Of a DNA stretch of 64,000 nt, positions 37,125 to 49,876 are shown one piece after another. The position numbers and the translations under genes are program-made. Source of the DNA: Octopus sinensis. Lineage: Eukaryota. The notes under the pieces are model-generated. The model was not told where the DNA came from. It was given only the letters and a program-made list of their open reading frames with translations, and did not search any database. Position 1 is the first letter of the stretch, and every line of letters starts with the position of its first letter. The stretch lies in NCBI RefSeq assembly GCF_006345805.1, contig NC_043000.1, forward strand, positions 4,650,001-4,714,000. Reading direction: 5' to 3'.

Positions 37125-37430
37125 AAAAACATGACCATGAGATTGCACCTAGAAAGTTACCCTCCGATGCACAAGTCCAGGCAAGGATGTTTATGGAAAA
37201 CCAGCAGTCACCTATGCATACCAGCCATCGATGTTGTCCAAGGGAAAGGCAAAGGGGCCGATACAGCTTGGCACCAGTGACATAACTCATTGCCACAGCT
37301 GAGTGAACTGGAGCAACGTGAAATAAAGAGTCTTGCTCAAGCACACAACAAACAACCTGGTCCAGGAATTGAACTTGCTACCTCTTGATTGTGAGCCTGA
37401 CATTCTAACCACTGAGTCATGTGCCTTCCC
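37125..37430 (-). mobile_element. SINE family D-type copy
   Basis: CAGCTGAGTGAACTGGAGCAACGTGAAATAAAGAGTCTTGCTCAAG core; related to 22155-22420. Confidence 0.8.
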
Positions 37431-38654
37431 ATAAAGATGTTGTAATTTTTAATTTAGAATTAAAGGCTCCTTGTTCAAATCTAGACTGGGACTATACAAT
37501 GATTTTTTTTTTCTTTTATCCTTGCAGTAACTGCAATTTTGTAGACTATGCATTCATACATGAAAACATTCTCAATGTATCTTGATTGATTGACATTTCA
37601 TGAGTAGAATTTATTTGGAAAAACATGATTTGTCAGACTGCTGGTGATATGTTTAATATCAGAAGTTCATTCTCCTTACTCAGGTTGTCAAAACATGACA
37701 GAAATATAATCATTTCTAGTGACAAAAAGCAAGATTAGAACTCAGAAGACATAAAGCCAGAGCAGATATCAGTTGGCATCCTGTCTTCTGGGGCAGTGAA
37801 TTGCCCCAGATGGGCACTCTGTTTATTGATTCTGGAAGTATGAAAGACAAAGGTGACCTTGGCAGGATTTGAACTCAGAATACAGAGTGTCTGATTAGAA
37901 GTACTGTGAAGCAATTGTGCTAATGTCCTAGTAGCTGTACCAATTGAACTCCTTGAAGGACTATCTACATGTCCAGGGAAAAGAACAGAACTTCAATACT
38001 GATATAGGGGTCAAGTTGATTGAAATATAAAGATGTAAATACTGAAAAACGTTCTACATCTAATGATGAGGATTAACAGTCTGAAAATTGGTCATTTATC
38101 AATTATTATTTTGTCAGCTTATGGCTCTGGGTTCAATTCCTACTCTTGACAGAATGTTGACTTAGAGAGGGGGGGGGGGAGAAAAGAGAGATGGGGAGAA
38201 AAGAGAGAGGGGGAGAAAAGAGAGAGGGGGAGAAAAGAGAGAGAGACTTGCTTTTCATTCACTAAATGCTATGGTAACCAAATTTAGCACTGGGCCCCAT
38301 GGAAAAAAATTAGTTTATACACATGATGAGTCATGATTCCTTTTCATTTTTTTTGTCAGAGAATTTAAGTGATTCAGCTTATTTAATTGAGGGGATAAAA
38401 TATGGTCGAGAAAGGAACAATTGGATAAAAAAAAACAATATGTGTATTTGTTTAGCAATAAAAGAAAAGATTTAAATAATTCAATTTGCTGCAGATGAAA
38501 GTAATGACAATTTCAAAATACCAGATTTTAAAAAATATTTTCTGTCCATAGCTCCAGAAGGAAAGAGGCAAATAAAACTATGCCTTTCACCAAACATGAA
38601 GAATTTTTGGAATAACAAGCATTGTTACATGAATGCTTTAACTCAAAATTTTAA

Positions 38655-38880
38655 TATTGATTTCAAATTTTGGTACAAGGCTGGCAATTTCAGGGGAAGG
38701 AGGGAAAGTAGATTACATTGACCCCCAGTAATCAACTGGTACTTATTTTATTTTATCAATCTCAGAAAGATGAAAGGCAAAGTCAACCTCAGTGAAATTT
38801 GAACTCAGAACATGAAGATGGATGAAATATTCTTAAGCATTTTTCCTGGTGTGCTAACAATTCTGCCAGCTCAACAACTA
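38655..38880 (-). mobile_element. SINE family E
   Basis: CTGGTACTTATTTT...GATGAAAGGCAAAGTCAACCTC...TTTGAACTCAGAAC. Confidence 0.82.
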
Positions 38881-38884
38881 GCAG

Positions 38885-39190
38885 ACATGGGACAAAGTGG
38901 TGAGAAAAGATCTTCAGATGCTGGGCCTCACCGAGGACATGACACGGGACCAGGAGATGTGGTGATTTGCTGTACTTGGGAAGATGCATCAAGCTAAGTA
39001 AAATCACTGTCGTCCATACTTACAGGCTTCTCCTTTGCAGGGACCGATGCCACATAAAAATGCAGTCATGTCAGTGGCACGTGAAAAGCACCCAGCACAT
39101 TCTGTAGAATGGTTGGCATTGGGAAGGACATTCAGCCCTAGAAACCATTTAACCCATTCCAGCATGGAAAACAGACATTAAACAATGATG
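38885..39190 (+). mobile_element. RTE-clade LINE 3' end (last codons of the ORF plus 3' UTR)
   Basis: TWDKVVRKDLQMLGLTEDMTRDQEMW*FAVLGKMHQAK*, then the family B UTR ending CCAGCATGGAAAACAGACATTAAAC-ATGATG. Confidence 0.85.
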
Positions 39191-39204
39191 GTATATATAT
39201 ATCA

Positions 39205-39530
39205 TCATTATCATCATCATCATCGTTTAACGTCCATTTTCCGCACTAGCATGGGTTGGATGGTTCGACCAGTGTCTGGGAAGCCAGGAGGCTGCACCAG
39301 GCTCCAGTCTGATCTGGCAGTGTTTCTACAGCGGGATGCCCTTCCTAATGCCAACCACTCTGTGAGTGTAGTGGGTGCTTTTTACGTGCCACCGGTACAG
39401 GGGCCAGAGGAGGCTGGCAACAGCCACAATCAGTTGGTGCTTTTTACGTGCCACCGGCATGGAAGCCAGTCGAGGTGGTGCTGGCATCGGCAACATTCGG
39501 ATGGTGCTTTTTACGTGCCAGCACATAGGA
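39205..39530 (-). mobile_element. RTE LINE 3' UTR fragment (family B)
   Basis: Same sequence as 42766 and 51673; internal GTGCTTTTTACGTGCCACC repeats. Confidence 0.88.
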
Positions 39531-39919
39531 ATAAAATGTTTTTAATAATATACAGAATAGTGTATTAGTAAAAATAATAAGGTTAGCTAAAAAGAACAAA
39601 TTGTTCTCAGTTTATTTATGCACAGGAACAGAAAGTTTTCAAATTTTCTAAGGAAATGAAAAGAAATAAATTAAAAAATTTTCTTCATTATATTTCAAGA
39701 AATTCTTAAGATATAATGACATAAATATTTTATTTAATATCACTTCATTTCCACAGAAAAATGTGATTTTTTTTTCTGCACCTGTACATAAATAAACAAA
39801 GGAACAATTCCTTCATTTCTTCTAACAAACCTTATTTTTTCTAATATGTGCATATACATACAAGTACAAATGTGTAATATGATATTTACAAAACAGCTTC
39901 TCTTACACACATGTATGCA

Positions 39920-39959
<40 letters not shown>

Positions 39960-41017
39960 ATTTGCCGAAGCTGACATTTAATATTTTGGTTGAAGATCAG
40001 AAATGAGAAACATTAAGTTCCAAAATGTGAAAATGTCGGTTTCAGTAAAAAATATGATACTCTGCCGTCGGTATCAAGTTCTCTATTTTCTTCTTTGTTT
40101 TACCGTCCTGTTTACACTCACATGTTTGCCTACACACACACACACACAGAGAAGCTCATACAAATTATATACATACATTTGCATATCATTCATGACATAT
40201 ATGAATCAATAATTACACATGTGCACACACACACACACACACAAAGAAAACCATAGACACATTTTATAGAAATTATATATATTTTTTCTCTTTTTACTTT
40301 TCATTTTTTAGCGTTGCCTTCATTGTTGCAACAAAAGTATAATTATACATTGTCAGTGAAAAAAAAACATAATAGGTAATTTTTTTTTTGTAATTTTTCT
40401 CTTTCATAAAAGAACAATTAGTAAAAAAGACAAAGAAAACCAATTAAACACATTTATATATATATATATGTATATATAAAAAAAATATAATGTCAAAGAA
40501 TTAAAAGTGAAAATATTTAGTTTTCCTCCTTGTTCCTAAAATAAATAAAGTGTTGATGGAAAGGTGGAGTCAAATATGTACAGTATATAATGGGTACCCC
40601 AAGGCCCCTGATTTCATGAAATTATAGTGCAGATGAAACTGACCCTGAAACAAAGATGACAGACCCAGAGCAGACCTTGGAGAGAGAAAAAAAGGTCACT
40701 GAAAAGGTCATGAGCAGCAACAAATGAGCTTTGACTAACGAACAACCAATCAATTGATTATTTAACCAACACATTAAACAAACAATCGATTGGTTACAAG
40801 TTATTTTATTGAACCTCTTCCTCACTCCACCACCAGAAGGATTAAAAGGCGAAGCTGACCTGAGTGGGATGCGAATTCAGAATGTAAAAAGGATGTTAAC
40901 TGGTACTTTACTGGTTTTGCCATCCATCGTAGTTAAATTTTAAACAATAAATAAATGATGAATACATGATGAAGTGGTGAAAAGATTTTGTAAATAACAG
41001 CAATGAAATGAACTGCA

Positions 41018-41100
41018 ATTATTATTATTATCCATTATTATTATTATTATTATTATTAATATTATTATTAATATTATTATTATTATTATTAATATTATAA

Positions 41101-41133
<33 letters not shown>

Positions 41134-41222
41134 CATTATTATTAATATTATTATTATATTATTATTATCATTAATATTATCATTATTATTATTATCATTA
41201 TTAATATTATTAATATTATTAT

Positions 41223-41253
<31 letters not shown>

Positions 41254-41870
41254 ATTATTATTAATATTATTATTATTATAATATTATTATTATTATCATT
41301 ATTATTAATATTATTATTATCATTAATATTATTATTATTATTATTATCATTATTAATATTATTAATATTATTATTATTATCATTATTAATATTATTAATA
41401 TTATTATTATTATCATTATTAATATTATTAATATTATTATTATTATTATTATAATATTATTAATATTATATTATTATTATTAGTATTATTATTATTATCA
41501 TTATTATTAATATTATTATTAATATTATATTATTATTAATATTATTATTATTATTATTATCATTATTATATTATTAATATTATTATTAATATTATTATTA
41601 TTATTATTATTAATATTATTATTATATTATTATTATTATTAGTATTATTATTATATCATTATTATTAATATTATTATATATTATTATTATTATTATTAAT
41701 ATTATTATTATCATTATTAATATTATTAATATTATTATTATTATCATTATTAATATTATTAATATTATTATTATTATCATTATTAATATTATTAATATTA
41801 TTATTATTATTATTATTAATATTATTAATATTATTAATATTATTATTATTAATATTATTATTATTATTAT
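41018..41870. repeat. Compound (ATT)n/(ATC)/(AAT) array, ~850 bp
   Basis: Directly visible; recurring TATTAATATTAT sub-unit. Confidence 0.97.
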
Positions 41871-42329
41871 AGGTGGTGGTAATACTACCATCAACTGTTT
41901 GAGACTGAGTCATTATATTAGTATGCGCCACATTTATATTAATTATTTACCTGTTGCTACGTAGCCTCAGTGCTCCCCTTTCACTAAATGACCCCTTGTG
42001 TTTTGCAAAATAAGTAAATAAATAGGACATTTTTGAACAAATGGAAGCTAATTTTCAGCAGTGGTTGGTTATCTATATTTTCTTATACTGTCCCATCCAG
42101 CATATTCTGCTTTTTAGATATTTGCATGAGCTTTATGCCCTTTCAGCTAAATTTCTGTGAAAATTACTAACGAAAGCAAGAAATTATGTAATTATATTAT
42201 ACGAGACCTTGGTACATTATCAGTCATGTTTCTGTCCAATACAACACAAATTTCTATTTATGCATTAATCCTGATAAAGAATGTTTGAAAATGTGCTTAA
42301 AATATATAAGTGGTCTTATGTGATTGTGT

Positions 42330-42613
42330 GATCAAGCAGCCTACCAGATGTTGTTGTTACACATTGCTGGTCACAATGCACTTTACATCCTTTCAGCTTT
42401 CAAATAATGCACCCTGCTCGTTGGGTGAGCAGGCCAACATCCAACCTGATCAGTAGGCTCGGTGTCACAGGGTTACCTATTTAAAGCTGAGTGAACTGGA
42501 GCAACATGAAATGAAGTGTTTCGCTCAAGAGCACAATGTGCTGCCAGGCATAGGAATCGAACCCAAGATCTAGTGATTGTGAGTACAACACTCTCATCAC
42601 TATGCCACGTGCC
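42330..42613 (-). mobile_element. SINE with a family D-type head and a tail shared with 48369-48660
   Basis: Head core GCTGAGTGAACTGGAGCAAC; tail CCAGATGTTG...ACACATTGCTGGTCACAATGC. Confidence 0.75.
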
Positions 42614-42765
42614 TAGTGGTAGGATATTGCATCATACCTGGTTTGAATATTTATTTTTAAGAAAATTCACAGCCCTTTTAAATACCTAGTGCTTTGCATA
42701 GCACTTCCACCAAGGGGGGAGCTACTATGCAGGTTAAGAACCACTGATGAAACAACTAGTTGAAA

Positions 42766-43050
42766 TCATCATCATCATCGTTTAACGTCTGCTTTCCATG
42801 CTGGCATGGGTTGGATGATTTGACTGAGGTCTGGCGAACCAGATGGCTGCACCAGGCTCCAATCTTGATCTGGCAGAGTTTCTACAGCTGGATGCCCTTC
42901 CTAACACCAACCATTCCAAGAGTGTAGTGGGTGCTTCTATGTGCCACCGGCATGAGGGCCAGTCAGGCGGTACTGGCAATGGCCACGCTCAAATGGTGCT
43001 TTTTATGTGCCACCTGCACAGGAGCCAGTCCAGTGGCACCGGCAATGACC
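42766..43050 (-). mobile_element. RTE LINE 3' UTR fragment (family B)
   Basis: (CAT)n-CGTTTAACGTCTGCTTTCCATGCTGGCATGGG. Confidence 0.88.
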
Positions 43051-43119
43051 TCACTCGAAATCTGGATATTTATTGTTCCAGATCTGTCTAGCTAATAACC
43101 ATAGTGTACAATCTGACAG

Positions 43120-43595
43120 AGGAGGCAGTGATTTAGTGATTAAGGTGTTGGATGCATGATCATAAGATTGTGGTTTCAATTCCTGGATCAGTCAACACTT
43201 CATTTCATGTCGCTCCAGTCCACTCAGCTGACAAAAATGAGTAATCCTCTAACAGACCAGCATCCTGTCCAGGTGGGAAATTTATATACCATGGAAATCA
43301 GCCCTTATGAGTCGGTATGATTTGAAAAGGTAACCTTTACTTTGTGGAGGCACATGGCTTAGTGGTGAAGGTGTTGGACACATGATTGTAAGATTGTGGT
43401 TTCGATTCTTGGACTGGGTGACCTGTTGTGTTCTTGAGCAAAACACTTTATTTCATGCTTGTTCCAGTTCACTCAGCTGGTAAAAACAAGTAATCCTTCA
43501 ACAGACCGGCATCCCAGGCAAGTTGGGAATTTAAATGCCATGGAAACCAAACTGTATGAATCAACATAACTCGAGAAGGTAACTTTACTTTTTTT
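43120..43595 (+). mobile_element. Head-to-tail pair of SINE family D copies
   Basis: Two ~225-250 bp units (43120-43342, 43343-43595), each ending AAGGTAAC(C)TTTACTTT. Confidence 0.82.
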
Positions 43596-43619
43596 TTTTT
43601 TTTACAGTCTGACATATAA

Positions 43620-43832
43620 TCTTTTCTACTCTAGGCACAAGGCCCGAAATTTGAGGGGAGGGGGTCAGTTGATTAGATTTACCTCAGTATGCAATTGGTA
43701 CTTAATTTATTGACCTTGAAAAGATGAAAGGCATGGTTGACCTCGGCGGAATTTGAACTCAGAACTCAGACAGATGAAATACTACTAAGTATTTCACCCA
43801 GCGTGCTAACGTTTCTGCCAGCTCGCCACCTT
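43620..43832 (-). mobile_element. SINE family E
   Basis: Ends GCTAACGTTTCTGCCAGCTCGCCACCTT. Confidence 0.88.
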
Positions 43833-44081
43833 CAATCCGACATACAATGGCTAACCATATAGCAAGGATGTAGTGTGTTAGACTCCGCACATTGTACTCT
43901 CTCCACAGTTCAATTTATTTCTGTTCACCAGCAGACTATGGGTGGTGGTCACAGCAAAGTAGAAAGTGTTAGAATCTGAAATATATTCTCATTTCAGAGC
44001 TCACCATTTTCTGTCACTACAAATGGTACCTTACCATTTGCTTTGGTCAGCCAACCCAAGTATTATTTTTGAATATTTTTA

Positions 44082-44505
44082 TAGGCGCAAACAATATGGT
44101 TGTGTGGTTAAAAAGTTTGTTTCCTAAACACAGGGTTTCAAGTTCGAGCCCACTGTGAGGGACTTCAGGTAAGGTCTTTTACTACAGTCTGGGGTTACTA
44201 AAGCCTTGTTAGTGGATTTGGTGGAGAGAAACTGAATTTAGCAAACAGAAACATGTGCGTTTGTGTTTCTATCTCCTTGTTTCAACACTGTGCAAAAGTT
44301 ATAAAGGAACATTACCTTTACAAGTGATGTTATTCATTTATAAATTTCTGTGGAAACATGTCCAACCAGTGGGGGAAAATGCTTTACTTGAGAAACAGGT
44401 AAGGGTTGACAACAGTAAGAGTATTCAGCCCTACAAAATCTGTCCCAATGAATTCTATCTGACCCATGCAAGCATGGAAAAGTGAACATTAAAATGATCA
44501 TGATC
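44082..44505 (+). mobile_element. Degenerate SINE family A head (44082-44235) and an RTE-tail-type 3' part (44360-44505)
   Basis: AGTGGATTTGGT...GAAACTGA; CCCATGCAAGCATGGAAAAGTG...ATGATC tail. Confidence 0.6.
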
Positions 44506-45199
44506 ATGATGATGTCTCTAAGCCAATCTATAGGTTCAATAAACCAGAGCTTATCCTTAAGCAACACAGAGTACAAAACCTCTCACTGAATAGGATGCCA
44601 GTCCACTACTGGGTTAACTGCATCCCAGCTGCAGGTACAAATTTCCACCTGACTGAAATGGAACAAAATAAATTAACGTATCTTGCCACCTGGCTCAGGA
44701 ATCATGCACACAACTTCATGATTATGAGCTTAACACCCAAACAACTTTGCCTGATACCTTACCAGCAACATTTGCCACCCAGTAATTCATGTAAACATCT
44801 TGTCTTATGCAAGTTGTAAAGAAGACTGCTTTGAGCTAAATTTCATTTTCTAGTGAGCATTCTAAATGAGATCAAACTCTCCTTGTGGATGGATGAGTTG
44901 TTCTAAGATTTACAAACTTGAAACATGTGGTTGTTATCATAAATTAGTATAGAGTTTAAACTGGGAAGCTCAGCTTTTATGTTCAATATAAGTGTTTAAG
45001 CGCTTTGGAAACTAGGATCAGGTCAAATGACAACACAGAAGCTTTCTTTCATTGGCTCAAACTCAATTTTGTTTTTAAAAATTGGGATAGAATATTCTAA
45101 TTTAAAAGAACAATAGAAATAAAATTAAAATGGGCAGATTTTTAGGTTTTCCTTTTTTATTTAATGGTGGTTTGTTAATAACGTATATATATATATATA

Positions 45200-45500
45200 T
45201 ATAGGGGGAAGCTTTATGAAAATAAACAAAAGACGAAGGCAGGTGGAAAACAAACGAACAATTGTATTAGTATGGCGCTCAGGAAATATAAATAAAACAA
45301 GTCTTTAACGTTTCGAGCCTACGCTCTTCAACAGAAAGATACACAGAGAGAGAAAAACACAGAAAGAAGGAGAGAAAAAAAATGCGTGCAGTAGCTAACG
45401 AATCAACATGGCGATCTGATTTCGGCCAGAGGTCAAAGATCAAACATGAGACGCGAGAGCGAAATAAGGGGAGATAATAGGGTTGATAAACGGGTTGAGG
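45200..45500 (-). mobile_element. Probable Penelope-like element terminal region
   Basis: Contains a hammerhead-like motif next to a TA tract; hammerheads are an established feature of PLE repeats. No coding motif seen here. Confidence 0.5.
45302..45339 (-). ncRNA. Hammerhead-ribozyme-like motif (type I-like, variant core)
   Basis: Minus strand TCTTT-CTGTTGA-A-GAGC-gtag-GCTC-GAAAC-GTT-AAAGA: helix I TCTTT/AAAGA, helix II GAGC/GCTC, GAAA, palindromic helix III. Confidence 0.5.
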
Positions 45501-45511
45501 GACCAGCTAAA

Positions 45512-45835
45512 AGTGCGTGGGAGGGGTCTGGATGTGTGTATGTATAGGGTTGGTGTATGTATTAGTATGTATAAGGGTGTGTGTGTGTGTTGTGTGTGTG
45601 TGTATGAGAGAGTATTAGTGCGGAGGATTGGTCTGGACGTGCGTATGTATGGGGTTGTGTATGTATTAGTATGTATTAGTATGTATTAGTACGTATTGGT
45701 ATGTATAGGTGTGTGTGTGTGTGAGAGAGTATAAGTGCGTATGCGGGGTCTGGACGTGTGTATGTATAGGGTTGGTGTAAGTATTAGTATGTACTAGTAT
45801 GTATTAGTACGTATTAGTATGTATTAGTTGGTGTG
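45512..45835. repeat. Three ~105-115 bp tandem units with internal GTATTAGTAT repeats
   Basis: GGTCTGGAYGTG...GTATGTAT(A/G)GGGTTG at ~45524, ~45630 and ~45747. Confidence 0.8.
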
Positions 45836-45862
45836 TGTATATATATATATGCATGTATATAT

Positions 45863-45945
<83 letters not shown>

Positions 45946-46178
45946 ATATTATACAGGAGATATATATCCATTTCCTGTTAAGGTACCACATGTAAGTGGC
46001 AGCAAGCCAATTTGCTTCTTGTAAACAATGGTCCTGGATGTAATCACAGACATTGAAGAGAATACAAGTTATAGACTGGTACTTAAGTCAATGGCCATTG
46101 ACTGTTAAGTTTAGAGCTACACAAGCATGAGGGGTTAAATGTACAGCAGATATTTCATGTGATACTTGCTTGAAAGAC

Positions 46179-46338
46179 CTGTGTGGTAAGTAGCTTGCTA
46201 ACCAACCACATGGTTCCGGGTTCAGTCCCACTGCGTGGCATCTTGGGCAAGGGTCTTCTGCTATAGCCCCAGGCCGACCAATGCCTTGTGAGTGGATTTG
46301 GTAGACGGAAACTGAAAGAAGTCTGTCGTATATATGTG

Positions 46339-46373
<35 letters not shown>

Positions 46374-46584
46374 GTGTCTGTGTTTGTCCCCCTAGCATTG
46401 CTTGACAACCGATGCTGGTGTGTTTACGTCTCCGTCACTTAGCGGTTTGGCAAAAGAGACTGATAGAATAAGTACTGGGCTTACAAAGAATAAGTCCCGG
46501 GGTGGATTTGCTCGACTAAAGGCGGTGCTCCAGCATGGCCGCAGTCAAATGACTGAAACAAGTAAAAGAGTAAAAGAGAGAGAG
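46179..46584 (+). mobile_element. SINE family A, nearly full length
   Basis: High identity to 20933-21349, including the tail. Confidence 0.93.
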
Positions 46585-46910
46585 ATGCTAGCCAGGGGGT
46601 TGGGGTTAAGTGGATTCTATCACATTATTCTATGGTAGGTTGTTTGTAACTTTTCTCCTCAATATTGGTCCAAAATAGGTAGTACATTTTTTATACTTAT
46701 ACAAATGTTATCTTACCTAATAATTAACTAATACAACCCTGAAGTGTATCAAATCAAGGGACCTCTAGAACTTATATAGAGTAATTTTGGAGAGTGAAAG
46801 GGGTTGCAGCAGAAAGATTTAGGACCTAACTACCCATTCATATGTATGTGAAAGAGAGTGTGTATATGCATGGGTACATGTATGTTGTGTGTGTGTTTGT
46901 GTAATATATA

Positions 46911-47112
46911 TTCTTTTATTTGTTTCAGTCATTTGACTGTGGCCTTGCTGGAGCACCACCTTCAGTCAAACAAATCGACCCCAGGACTTATTCTTTGTAA
47001 GCCGAGTACTTATTCTATTAGTCTCTTTTGCTGAACTGCTACATTACAGGGACATAAACACACCATCATCAGTTTTCAAGCAATGGTGGGGAGACAAACA
47101 CAGACACAGAAA
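46911..47112 (-). mobile_element. SINE family A, 3' half
   Basis: TTTCAGTCATTTGACTGTGGCC...GGAGCACCACC tail; abuts a long TA tract. Confidence 0.85.
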
Positions 47113-47145
47113 CATATACATACATATATACATATATATACATAT

Positions 47146-47190
<45 letters not shown>

Positions 47191-47536
47191 TATATATATA
47201 TAATATATATATACATATATACATATATATATATTATATATATATACATATATACATATATATATATACATATATATATACATATATACATATATATATA
47301 CATATATATATACATATATACTATATATATATATATATATACACATATATATAATATATATATATATATACACATATACATAATATATATATATATATAC
47401 ATATATACATATATATATATACATATATACATATATATATATACATATATACATATATATATATATACATATATACATATATATATACATATATATATAT
47501 ACATATATACATATATATATATACATATATACATAT

Positions 47537-47580
<44 letters not shown>

Positions 47581-47603
47581 ATATATATTATATATATATA
47601 TAA
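47113..47603. repeat. (TA)n/(TATACA)n microsatellite, ~490 bp
   Basis: Directly visible. Confidence 0.97.
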
Positions 47604-48272
47604 ATAATTTGGAGAAACAAATTTCCAAATCAATCAGGTGCAACCCTACAGCGTTATATGCATCTGCATATCGTACTTTGGGGTCTTATTCATTGTATAT
47701 TTATATATTTATCTATAAATATACAAAGTATCTGATAAAAGTCAATATTCAATTTTGGGGGATTAATCAATATGCAGGTATTCTCTTTCAGGTGATACAA
47801 AAATAACCTAATGTGTATATCTGACAGTAAACTCGTGGTATCAGTTTGCACATCACGAAATAATACTTAAAGGATATAACCTAAATTTCCAGCTGGGTAT
47901 ATAATGTACTTCATTAATTATATCATATTTTAGTGAATACTTATATCTATTAAATATGAAGTTCGTCTTTCGTGCAAAATCTCTCTCAATTAAGACCAAT
48001 CAAAATATTTTAATATGTCTTGACAAAGGAAAAAATTTGTGTAATACACATGATTCCATATCTATCTATTGCACAGTTATCTGAAAATCCGTATTAATTG
48101 CATTTAAAATGTCATTACTTGATTTGACTTCATTAATATACATTATACAACTCTGCCAGCACAAGCTAGCCAGTCCCAATGCCATGTGCATGGATGGTGT
48201 AACAAGGATTTGGAGCAGTCTGTTCAATTCAACTTGAGTTGGGAATGCTGGTAACTTCTAACTTAACATGGT

Positions 48273-48347
<75 letters not shown>

Positions 48348-48368
48348 CACATACATGCATATATAGAT

Positions 48369-48660
48369 GTGGAGGTGCAATGGCCCAGTGGTTAGGGCAG
48401 CAGACTCGCGGTCGTAGGATTGCGGTTTCGATTCCCAGACCGGGCGTTGTGAGTGTTTATTGAGCAAAAACACCTAAAGCTCCATGAGGCTCTGGCAGGG
48501 GGTGGTGGTGATCCCTGCTGTACTCTTTTTGCCACAACTTTCTCTCACTCTCTCTACTGTCGGCCTGCTCACTTAGCCACCGGGGTGGTGTCATTTGAAG
48601 GCTAAAACAATGCGGAGCGCACTGTGACCAGTGATGTGTAGCAACATCTGATAGCCTGGG
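48369..48660 (+). mobile_element. SINE with a family C head and a different tail
   Basis: First ~180 bp match 24948; the remainder matches the reverse complement of 42330-42440. Confidence 0.82.
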
Positions 48661-48774
48661 TGCTTAAAGTGACATATATAGATAGGTAGATATAACAAAT
48701 AGCCTGGCTTCAATAATCCACTGTATAAAACAACTCAGTAATTTCTAAAACATGGTAAGAAGTTACATAGTTGT

Positions 48775-48992
48775 ATAATCCTTTCTACAATGGGCACAAG
48801 GCCTGAAATTTTGGGGTGAGGGGTAAAATCAATTACATCAACCCCAGTACTTGACTGGTACTTAATTTATCAACCCTAAAAGCAGAAAGGCAAAGTCAAC
48901 ATCGGAGGAATTTGTACACAGAATGTAAAGATGGACGAAATTCTGCAAAGCATTTTGCCAGCGAGCTAACAATTTTGCTAGCTCACCACCTT
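48775..48992 (-). mobile_element. SINE family E, degenerate
   Basis: CTGGTACTTAATTTATCAACCC...GCTAGCTCACCACCTT. Confidence 0.78.
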
Positions 48993-49166
48993 ACATAGTG
49001 AATGGATGCCAATGATTTAGACTGTAGTATACTAGTGGTTTTGGCTTTTGAAACTGGACTACCAGTGATTCAGACTGTAGAGTACCAATGCACGAAATCA
49101 CTAGTGGTTTGGGCACCAGTGTACTAGTGTGTACTATTGATTTAAATGTCTATATCCTAGTGGTAT

Positions 49167-49431
49167 GTGGAGGTGCATGGCTTAGTGGTTAGGGTGTCAG
49201 CATCATGATCGTAAGATTGTGTTTTGATTCTTGGACTGGGCGACGCGTTGTGTCCTTGAGCAAGACACTTCATTTCACATTGCTCCAGTCCACTCAGCTG
49301 GCAAAAATGAGTAACGCTGTGATGGACTGGCGTCCCGTCCAGCTGAGGAACACATACGCCATAGAAACCAGGAAACTGGGCCCATGAGCCTGGCTAGGCT
49401 TTAAAAAGGGCGCATTCATTAAAATTTTTTT
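49167..49431 (+). mobile_element. tRNA-derived SINE family D, full length with a 14-bp TSD
   Basis: TSD TATCCTAGTGGTAT at 49153-49166 and 49432-49445; GTCCTTGAGCAAGACACTT core. Confidence 0.92.
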
Positions 49432-49876
49432 TATCCTAGTGGTATAGCCACCAAGCTATAAATCCTAGCACAAAAACTGAAAGCTCTGCACTATCTCTCC
49501 TCTGTGTCCAATAAACCTGACAAATAATACAGATCTCTCATATATAAGCTTCACACAAAGAAAATTACAAAGGAGTAAACTGGTAAGAAATGGATAATAT
49601 TTAACTTTACAATGTCATATGATACATTCCAGCGTTGAGAAAACAAAGTCAAGCGAGGTCATCATGTGATTGGTTACTAAGCAAACTATTTCTGCTTTTT
49701 TTTTTTGTTGTTGTTTTCAGAGGAAATGAGATGTGTCAGTGACGATTGCAATTATTTATGACAAGCTTAAAAGCTTATAAAAGAGACAAGGAGTGAGTGC
49801 AAATATATATATATAAAATACAAAATGGGACAAGAACGCAAAACATCCAGACAACTAGGTGATACAAAAAGACACA

